Source of the DNA: Thermofilaceae archaeon
GTDB lineage: Archaea; Thermoproteota; Thermoprotei; Thermofilales; Thermofilaceae
DNA: 13,282 bases
Direction of reading: 5' to 3'
Assembly (NCBI GenBank): GCA_038727095.1
Contig: JAVYWK010000041.1
Location: 1 to 13,282 of the forward strand
The translations under genes and the position numbers were made by a program. Positions 1-5,886 of this stretch are shown here, in pieces (within the stretch, counting starts at the first letter, position 1; each line of letters begins with the position of its first letter). The notes under the pieces were generated by a model that saw only the letters and a program-made list of their open reading frames with translations, made no database searches and was not told where the DNA came from.

Positions 1-108
1 GGCGGCTCGGGCCGCCCCCGGGCGCCCCGGGGGGGGGCTCCGGGCCCGTTAGAGCTTCGCTGTTACTGGGGGGCGCGCCGGCGCGCGGGGCTCCCGGGCT
101 GCCCGGGA
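1..108. repeat. Cluster of GC-rich short inverted repeats/palindromes (may continue beyond the window edge)
   Basis: GGCGGC(1-6)/GCCGCC(11-16); CCCCGGG(16-22)/CCCGGGG(26-32); perfect palindrome GCGCGCCGGCGCGC (73-86); TCCCGGGC(92-99)/GCCCGGGA(101-108). Confidence 0.6.
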
Positions 109-122
109 TTGGGGCCTGGTTC

Positions 123-294
123 CGCTTCAACTGTTTCAGCTCCCTTGAGGCTGCGGCTCCTGCTGCTTCCCTCACTTCGCACGCTTAACTCCGATGCTTC
201 GACTCCGATGCTCCGCTCGGCTGCCGCTGCTTTCGCGCTGAACTGTAACCGCTTAACGCCGCTCAAAGCTGCCGAGAAGTACTGCGCTTAACGC
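123..294. repeat. Dispersed short direct repeats CGCTTAAC(GC) plus a tandem ACTCCGATGCT duplication
   Basis: CGCTTAAC at 182-189, 250-257 and 285-292 (the last two extend to CGCTTAACGC, 35 bp apart). Variants: CGCTTCAAC 123-131, CGCTGAAC 236-243, CGCTCAAA 260-267. ACTCCGATGCT at 188-198 and 202-212. Confidence 0.55.
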
Positions 295-540
295 TCCCCA
301 GCCCCTTGCGGGGGTTTGGGGTTTCCGGTTGTGCCGGCCCCCCGCATCCCTCCGCCCTGGATGAAGCTCTCGCGGAGGGAGGGCGTACGGTAGGGAGCGG
401 ATGGGGGTCGGCATGGTTGCGGAGACCCCCACAACCCTCCGATGGGGGCGGGGGGAGGAAAAGGCCAAACAGCTGGGCGCAGTTGAGCCCGCCCCTCCGA
501 GGGGGATCCGGGCTCTGCCCGGTGAAACCCGGAGGGGGGC
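294..540 (+). other. Long imperfect stem-loop (294-457) plus a second structured domain (475-540) overlapping the tnpB 5' end
   Basis: Nested stems: CTCCCC(294-299)/GGGGAG(452-457); GCCCC(301-305)/GGGGC(445-449); GGGGTTTCCG(318-327)/CGGAGACCCC(420-429); TGCCGGCCCCC(332-342)/GGGGGTCGGCA(403-413); TCCCTCCGC(347-355)/GCGGAGGGA(372-380). Second domain: GAGCCCG(485-491)/CGGGCTC(509-515) enclosing CCCCT/AGGGG. Confidence 0.6.
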
Positions 541-1870
541 AGCAACCCCCAAGGCACCGTCTAAAAACTTTGGGGACGGGGAGTGGGGGTACAGGGTCTT
601 CAAGGTGAAGTTGAACAGAGGGTTAAGGAGGGCTCTCATTATACTTTACAACAGGATTATGAACCGGGATCCAACGCTGCCAAAAAGTATCTACTACTAC
701 ATCGAGAGCTGGGAGGCGGTTTTCGCCAACGCCTTCAGCCTGCGGCGGAAGGCGGGGAAGAGGACGCCGCCGCGACCACCACCGTACTTCCTTTTGGTCA
801 AGTTCATCAAGGATGGGAAGAGGATCCACGGCTCAGACGGCGCCCCGGTCGTGGTCGACATAGACCGGGGGGAGCTTCGGATCCCCTGTGTGGGGATCCG
901 GATCCCCCTAACGCCTTCACTGCTCAGAGTTCTTCAAGAGGAGCTTACCTTACAGCCTAAGCCTCAATTCGTACTCCTGCTCCGGTACAACGGGAAGCTC
1001 CGAATAGTGGCGAAGCGGTCGCCGCCTCAGTGGAGGCTCGAGCCTCCGGTTCGGGTGATCGGAATCGACGTGAACAGCCGCTACGGTCTCACCGTTACAA
1101 TCTTCGACATCAAGAAGGACGGAGTTAGGATGGCGAAGAGCCCTCTCCGTTTCAAACCGCCGAACGATACCCTTTACCTGGCAGAAGCGAGCGTGCTCAG
1201 GAAGATTTCACGAGGCCTGCCGCCAACCCCGCCTAGGAACGCCACCGAGGAGAAGCGCAAGCTCTGGCAGTGGGCCCTGGAGAGGGTGAAGGAAAAGGAA
1301 AGGAGGACTGGGGCTTTGACGACAGAAAGAGCCGATCGCCTCCGTCGTCAGTTAGAGCAGGCAACGAGGATAGCGAGGCAGCGCTGGGCCCGAAAACTGC
1401 TGGGAGAACTCCGACAGCTTATCCGCGAGGCGGGAGGTAGGGCTGTCATCGCGGTCGATAACCCTGATCCTAATTCCTTAAGGAACAGTTCCCTCCAGAA
1501 AACATATTTAAGTGCAACGAAACTCATCGAGGATCTATGCCGATACGAAGGGGCCCTCTACCGGAGCGTGCGGGCTTCCGGTAGGAGGTGCCCGCTATGC
1601 GATCGGTTCTGTGAGGAGATAGAGCACCGATACTACCGGTGCAGCCACTGTAGCGTTGTTTTCGACCGCGACTACGGCGCTTCGTTCAGAGCAGGCCTTA
1701 TTGTTCTACCACCGGCACTCGCCGACATGCTCAGGGGGTGGCTGAGGAAGCACCCCCGAGCTTTGGCACCCAACTACGGCAACGGGCCCCAACGAACCCC
1801 ACCTCCGGGCCCCACTTCCTGGGACACCCCGGGGCACTCCCGGGGCGCTCTCGGGGGCCCGCGCGCGTGA
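401..1870 (+). CDS. tnpB: TnpB-family RNA-guided endonuclease-like protein (RuvC + zinc ribbon), divergent
   Basis: N-terminal WED-like strand YRVFKVKL; RuvC-I VIGIDVN (D223); Arg-rich bridge helix; RuvC-II VIAVD (D353, normally E); zinc ribbon CPLC..CSHC (C397/400/414/417); RuvC-III FDRDYGAS (D424); low-complexity Pro/Gly tail overlapping the structured RNA. Start could be ATG 401 or 413. Confidence 0.85.
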   Translation: MGVGMVAETPTTLRWGRGEEKAKQLGAVEPAPPRGIRALPGETRRGAATPKAPSKNFGDGEWGYRVFKVKLNRGLRRALIILYNRIMNRDPTLPKSIYYYIESWEAVFANAFSLRRKAGKRTPPRPPPYFLLVKFIKDGKRIHGSDGAPVVVDIDRGELRIPCVGIRIPLTPSLLRVLQEELTLQPKPQFVLLLRYNGKLRIVAKRSPPQWRLEPPVRVIGIDVNSRYGLTVTIFDIKKDGVRMAKSPLRFKPPNDTLYLAEASVLRKISRGLPPTPPRNATEEKRKLWQWALERVKEKERRTGALTTERADRLRRQLEQATRIARQRWARKLLGELRQLIREAGGRAVIAVDNPDPNSLRNSSLQKTYLSATKLIEDLCRYEGALYRSVRASGRRCPLCDRFCEEIEHRYYRCSHCSVVFDRDYGASFRAGLIVLPPALADMLRGWLRKHPRALAPNYGNGPQRTPPPGPTSWDTPGHSRGALGGPRA

Positions 1871-2123
1871 AGGAGGGTCCACTCCCTGGCCCGGTTAGGC
1901 CCAGACCGAGCTGGGAATCCCCCTCCGGGACGCGCTCCGGCGACGGGGCGCTGAAAGGAGGGGGTGTAGGCCGCTGCCGAGGGCCGCTGAAGGCGGTGGC
2001 GGCCGACCCCATGACACCCACCCCGGTCACCCGCGGCCCAAAACCGCGGAGGCCGGAAAGCGGGCCCCTCGAGGCCGAAAAGGCCGAAGAGGGGAGATGT
2101 GCACCAGGCGCGGAACCAATTGG
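1781..2123 (+). ncRNA. Putative omegaRNA/reRNA (TnpB guide scaffold) overlapping the tnpB 3' end; last ~15-20 nt would be the guide
   Basis: Successive stems: CGGGCCCC(1806-13)/GGGGCCCG(1854-61); CCCCGGGG(1827-34)/TCCCGGGG(1838-45); CCCAG/CTGGG(1900-1915); CCCCCTCC(1919-26)/GGAGGGGG(1957-64) enclosing CGCTCCG-GCGA-CGGGGCG (GNRA loop); GGCCGCTGCC(1969-78)/GGTGGCGGCC(1995-2004, tandem G.U); CCGCGG(2031-36)/CCGCGG(2044-49); terminal hairpin 2065-2094. Position matches the known location of TnpB omegaRNAs. Confidence 0.6.
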
Positions 2124-2130
2124 TTTATAT
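2114..2130 (+). promoter_or_regulatory. TATA-box-like TTTATAT overlapped by palindrome AACCAATTGGTT, upstream of yjbQ
   Basis: The only AT-rich stretch before yjbQ; TTTATAT at about 2124-2130, ~40 bp upstream of GTG 2170; perfect 12-bp palindrome at 2114-2125. Confidence 0.45.
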
Positions 2131-2169
2131 CCGCTGTAAGCGGATGGGCTGGGCGAGCGGCTCGCTGCG

Positions 2170-2592
2170 GTGAGGATCTTGAAGGTCTATTTCAAGGAGG
2201 TAATTGTAAGGACGCAAAAGAGGCGTGAGCTGGTAGATATCACTCACGAGGTTGAACACGCAGTCGATGCAAGCGGAATCAGCAACGGGTTATGCCTTGT
2301 TTTTGTCCCGCATGCTACAGCCGCCGTAGTGGCGAACGAGCATGAGAAGGGTTTAATGAACGATATTTTGAGAAAGCTAGAGGAGGAGTACCCAATCAAT
2401 GGGGAATGGGAGCACAACTTGATCGACGATAATGCAGCTGCGCACCTCGCTTCCGCGTTCATTGGGTCTGCGAGGGTTTTCCCGGTAAAGGACCGCAGAC
2501 TCGTTCGAGGAACCTGGCAGAACATCTTCTTAGTCGAACTCGACGGACCACGCTCTACCCGAAGAATCTTAGTGGAGGTGATGGGGGAGTGA
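2170..2592 (+). CDS. yjbQ: YjbQ/UPF0047 family protein (secondary thiamine-phosphate synthase family)
   Basis: Motifs VDIT, PHATAAVVANE, HN..DDNAAAHL and GTWQNIFLVELDGPR; 140 aa. Confidence 0.93.
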   Translation: MRILKVYFKEVIVRTQKRRELVDITHEVEHAVDASGISNGLCLVFVPHATAAVVANEHEKGLMNDILRKLEEEYPINGEWEHNLIDDNAAAHLASAFIGSARVFPVKDRRLVRGTWQNIFLVELDGPRSTRRILVEVMGE

Positions 2593-3515
2593 GCCTGGAA
2601 GTGGTCCTCGTTGGACACATCGTGATTGACACCATTGTGAAGGGGATGAGGAGGTGGCAAAGCTTGGGTGGAACTGTTGTCTATGGAGCCTTTGCCGCGT
2701 TAAGGCATGAAGCTAAACCCTCTATAGTGTCTAAAGTCGGGGAGGACTTCCCGGACGAGTACTTTCTCTTCTTATCGCGGAACGGCATCGACTTGTCTAA
2801 CGTCAGAGTCGTTAGGGCGACAAGAACGACACGCTTCAAGCTCACTTACAGAGACAGTACGAGGGAGCTTACTCTTCAGTCTAAGGCAGAAGACATTACG
2901 GCTTACGACGTCGAACTCATTAACCTGGACGGAAAGATCGTCATAGCGGGCCCTGTGATCGGTGAATTGGCGCCAAGCATTCTTGAATTTATTCATTCGA
3001 GAGCCGCGCTAACGGCTGTCGATTTGCAAGGCTACTTAAGAACGGCTAAGGTGAAGGGTGAGGTGAGGCTTTCACGTAGTGAAGCAGCAGTCAAGGCTCT
3101 CGAGAGCGCTGACATCGTCCACGCAGACGCGGACGAAGCAGGCGTATTGACGGGTCTTGAACCGCATAACGCGGCAGCATGGATCGTGAGTAGAGGCCCT
3201 AAAGCCGCGCTTGTTACTATGGGAAGCGAGGGCGCTTACGTGGCAACAACTGACAGGGTTCTCTTTGTGCCCTCCCTTGAACCTTCACAGGTGGTTGATA
3301 CAACGGGGGCAGGCGACATTTTCCTAACGATTTTCACAGTCGAGTACGCACGCGGGGCATCTATAGAGGAAGCTGCTGCAATGGCAGCGGCTGCTGTATC
3401 GTTCCGCGTTGAAAGGCACGGATTCGATAGTCTACGTGAACGTTGGATCGTTAGAGGTAGAGCTCAGAGGATATTGGACGGTATACGAACTGTTGCTGTT
3501 CAAAGCAAAAGCTAA
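2589..3515 (+). CDS. PfkB/ribokinase-family carbohydrate or nucleoside kinase
   Basis: N-terminal VLVGH..IDT and LGG motif, SKVGED, VTMGSEGA and the PfkB signature DTTGAGD; GTGA overlap with yjbQ. Confidence 0.9.
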   Translation: MSLEVVLVGHIVIDTIVKGMRRWQSLGGTVVYGAFAALRHEAKPSIVSKVGEDFPDEYFLFLSRNGIDLSNVRVVRATRTTRFKLTYRDSTRELTLQSKAEDITAYDVELINLDGKIVIAGPVIGELAPSILEFIHSRAALTAVDLQGYLRTAKVKGEVRLSRSEAAVKALESADIVHADADEAGVLTGLEPHNAAAWIVSRGPKAALVTMGSEGAYVATTDRVLFVPSLEPSQVVDTTGAGDIFLTIFTVEYARGASIEEAAAMAAAAVSFRVERHGFDSLRERWIVRGRAQRILDGIRTVAVQSKS

Positions 3516-3546
3516 ATTTTGCTACTTGAACCCTATGCTCATGGAC

Positions 3547-3942
3547 ATGAAAACCGTTTTCACGGAGAAGGCTCCAAAACCAATCGGCCCTTACTCACAA
3601 GCGGTCGTAGCCGGGAATATGGTATTCGTTTCGGGGCAGATCGGCATTGACCCTATAAGCGGAAAACTGGTGGAGGGAGGAGTTCGTGAGCAAGCGAGAC
3701 AGGCCCTGTCAAACCTGAAGGTCATCTTAGAAGCTGCCGGATGCGTGATGGACAATACCGTTCTAACAATCGTATTCTTGAAGAATATGCAAGCGTATCG
3801 AGAGTTCAATGAGGTTTACTCAGAGTTTTTCAAAACACCTCCAGCTAGAGCTGTAGTTGAAGTCAGTGATTTACCTGCAGGTGCAGAAGTAGAGGTTCTA
3901 GCGATCGCTTTTAAGCCCACCAGATCTGAAAAGGGGGGTTAA
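3547..3942 (+). CDS. ridA: RidA/YjgF/UK114 family enamine/imine deaminase
   Basis: APKPIGPYSQAV, FVSGQIG, FNEVYSEFF, PAR (catalytic Arg) and LP...VEV motifs. The start is likely ATG 3547 (or 3541/3535), not the 3409 in the ORF track. Confidence 0.92.
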   Translation: MKTVFTEKAPKPIGPYSQAVVAGNMVFVSGQIGIDPISGKLVEGGVREQARQALSNLKVILEAAGCVMDNTVLTIVFLKNMQAYREFNEVYSEFFKTPPARAVVEVSDLPAGAEVEVLAIAFKPTRSEKGG

Positions 3943-4557
3943 ACCCCTCATTCTTACTTCGTTGAGGAGCCCTCTCCAGCCTCTCTCCGTGAGAATTTCT
4001 AAAACTTTCTCCCAGTCGAAGTGTATCAGCAGGAGCATTATAACGATGAAGAGTATTACGGAAGCTACCAATTCTGTTAAAATATTACTGCTAATCATTG
4101 CTACAATAGAACCGGTGTACGCCGTAGCCGTTGATAGCACGATTTTACCGGCCGCTAGTCCTAGAAAGAGCTTCAGTGCGTCATACTTCATCAGCCCCAG
4201 GGGTATCACAATGACGTCATCAGGAGATGGCGTAACTGAGAAGAGGAAGGCAGCAAGAGCCCCGTAGTTCTTCAGCATCTTACCTAGCCTCTCGTAGCGC
4301 TCCGCTTTCTCCTTACTCATAAGAGTTCTTGCACCTCTACCCAGCGTGTAAGAAACCATTTTTCCAACGGCACCTCCAAGACCACTAACAACGCCAATTA
4401 GTATAGGGTTCGCACCAGGTATTCTGAGAGCGTAAAAGTACACGATCGCAAGGTAAGGGACTGGTATGAAGGGGACCAGATTGCCCAGCGCTGATGCTAG
4501 GAAAATTCCGGGGTATCCTCCGATAAACCTCAAGACATCGCGCAGCTGTAGTACCAT
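3898..4557 (-). CDS. DedA/VTT (SNARE-associated) family membrane protein
   Basis: Multiple hydrophobic segments; PFIPVPY; G..G....Y.LGR; FLFSVTPSPDD...IPLGLMKY re-entrant motif typical of archaeal VTT-domain proteins. Confidence 0.85.
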   Translation of the reverse strand: MVLQLRDVLRFIGGYPGIFLASALGNLVPFIPVPYLAIVYFYALRIPGANPILIGVVSGLGGAVGKMVSYTLGRGARTLMSKEKAERYERLGKMLKNYGALAAFLFSVTPSPDDVIVIPLGLMKYDALKLFLGLAAGKIVLSTATAYTGSIVAMISSNILTELVASVILFIVIMLLLIHFDWEKVLEILTERGWRGLLNEVRMRGLTPLFRSGGLKSDR

Positions 4558-4585
4558 AGCCTATTCGTAGAGCTGTTCCTACCGC

Positions 4586-4599
4586 CTTAAGTATTTTTT
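4586..4599 (-). promoter_or_regulatory. BRE/TATA-like element for the DedA gene
   Basis: The minus strand reads AAAAAATACTTAAG ~30 bp upstream of ATG 4557. Confidence 0.4.
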
Positions 4600-4834
4600 G
4601 TTACCCCTATTCCTGCTTAATAACAACGAGCTTTTTCTGCAGGCAGTCCAAATAAGATGCGGCCTGGCCTTTTTTGGCTGCGTACGCCGTCATGAATAGA
4701 TGGGTACCCGTTTTTCACCGGTCGAAGCTGTCCTAATATCTGCCGATGTTACTGTGTAACAGAAATGCACAAAAAGTGTTAACGCGGGGGTTTATTGCTG
4801 GTAGTAGCGAATCCAGGCAGCCAGGGGTGTGCAT

Positions 4835-5062
4835 GTGTACGAGGTTGCTGTGAAGGAGGTAGAAAAATCGTTTAGAATTTCGGAGGAAGTTAAAAAGAGA
4901 TTGTTAGGTATCTCTCCCAAGCTCTTATCGAAGATGAGGAGAGAAGCTGTCGATTGCCCAGTGCTCGGAAGAGAGGTGCCGTTTATCGAATGCTACGTTT
5001 GTCCTAACTTCCTCAGGAGAGTTAGGGGCTTCGTCCACTGCAAGGGACTTCCATTACCATGA
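4835..5062 (+). CDS. Small basic 4-Cys putative metal-binding protein (hypothetical)
   Basis: CPVLG...ECYVCPNF...VHC pattern; SD-like GGGGTG (4824-4829) fits GTG 4835 (GTG 4829 is the alternative start); ATGA overlap with the next gene. Confidence 0.8.
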   Translation: MYEVAVKEVEKSFRISEEVKKRLLGISPKLLSKMRREAVDCPVLGREVPFIECYVCPNFLRRVRGFVHCKGLPLP

Positions 5063-5886
5063 GTCACGAGAGGATTTTGGAAGACCCCTTCTACAAGCTA
5101 GAGGATGAGAGTCTTTCCGAGCTTTTAGCTAAAGCTATTAACTTGTTTGAAACCGAATGTTCTTTGATCGAGGTGGAGGGTGGCTCCGTGCTGGTCGTGG
5201 GCGACACGCATGGCGACGTGCTGTCCTCAATGAGGGCTTTTAGTATTGAGGCTGAAAGGTACGTTTTTCTCGGAGATTACGTTGATCGCGGACCCCACCA
5301 GCTGGAAAACATGGTCTTCCTACTAGCAAGGAAGCTTGAGCAGCCCGATAGAGTCTATCTACTCAGAGGGAACCATGAGTCTCCAATTACGAACATGTAC
5401 TACGGCTTTCTCGATGAAGTGACATGGCGGTACGGACCCCAAACGTATAGACTCTTCGTTGAGGTCTTCTCACGTCTTCCCTACGCAGCGCTCATTAACA
5501 GCACGATCCTAGCGGTTCATGGGGGTATAGCCACTACGTTGAAATCGCTAGGCGATTTACAGAGCTTACCGAGGCCCGATGAGATCCCCGAGAACTGGAC
5601 AGCCTTTGAGGTTCTCTGGAACGACCCAAGCGAACACGTACAGGGTTTTGCGCCGAGCCCGCGAGGTTATGGAATATTCTTGTTCGGTAGAGACGCCTTC
5701 GAAGCATTTGCTGAGGCTACAGGCGTTCGACGCATGCTAAGGGCTCACGAATATTTCCCAGAGGGTATCCACGAGTACTTTGACGGTAAGGTTGTCTCAC
5801 TGTTTTCCTGCCGTTACTACCCTGAGGCGACTCCGAAAGGTTTGCTACTAACTTCGAGAGCTCAAAGAGACGTGGTGCTGACCTAA
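5059..5886 (+). CDS. PPP-family Ser/Thr protein phosphatase (calcineurin-like metallophosphoesterase)
   Basis: GDTHG, GDYVDRG, LRGNHE, HGG, LWNDP, RAHE and LFS..Y: the full set of PP1/2A/2B-type motifs. Confidence 0.93.
   Translation: MSHERILEDPFYKLEDESLSELLAKAINLFETECSLIEVEGGSVLVVGDTHGDVLSSMRAFSIEAERYVFLGDYVDRGPHQLENMVFLLARKLEQPDRVYLLRGNHESPITNMYYGFLDEVTWRYGPQTYRLFVEVFSRLPYAALINSTILAVHGGIATTLKSLGDLQSLPRPDEIPENWTAFEVLWNDPSEHVQGFAPSPRGYGIFLFGRDAFEAFAEATGVRRMLRAHEYFPEGIHEYFDGKVVSLFSCRYYPEATPKGLLLTSRAQRDVVLT

Larger units (their letters stand above)
293..2103 (+). mobile_element. Putative non-autonomous IS200/IS605-superfamily element (IS1341-like, tnpB only); boundaries approximate
   Basis: TnpB-like ORF with no tnpA in the window and hairpin-rich ends. 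The left hairpin 296-321 directly follows TTAAC (288-292, TAM-like). The right end is a hairpin CCCCTC(2065-2070)/GAGGGG(2089-2094) followed by AGATGTGCAC, resembling GGGGAGGATGTCAC-type IS605 right ends. Composition is GC-richer than the downstream host genes. Confidence 0.55.

Noticed and set aside
123-294. CRISPR array next to a Cas12-like gene
   Set aside because: The repeats are only 8-10 bp and irregularly spaced, there is no 23-47 bp repeat, and no cas genes are present.
63-639. Short ORFs 63-266(-), 109-291(+), 253-639(-), 288-557(-), 306-608(+)
   Set aside because: Low-complexity Pro/Gly/Arg/Ala translations typical of GC-rich structured DNA, with no recognisable motifs. None resembles an HUH (Y1) or serine TnpA.
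1731-2139. ORFs 1738-2139(+) and 1731-2030(-)
   Set aside because: They coincide with the hairpin-rich omegaRNA-like region; stop-poor GC-rich sequence explains the open frames.
3409-3534. N-terminal extension of RidA in the ORF track
   Set aside because: It overlaps the PfkB gene; RidA homology begins at MKTVFT.
3935-3947. GGGGT-TAA-ACCCC hairpin on the ridA stop codon as a terminator
   Set aside because: Only 5 bp, lies within the opposite-strand CDS, and has no T-tail.
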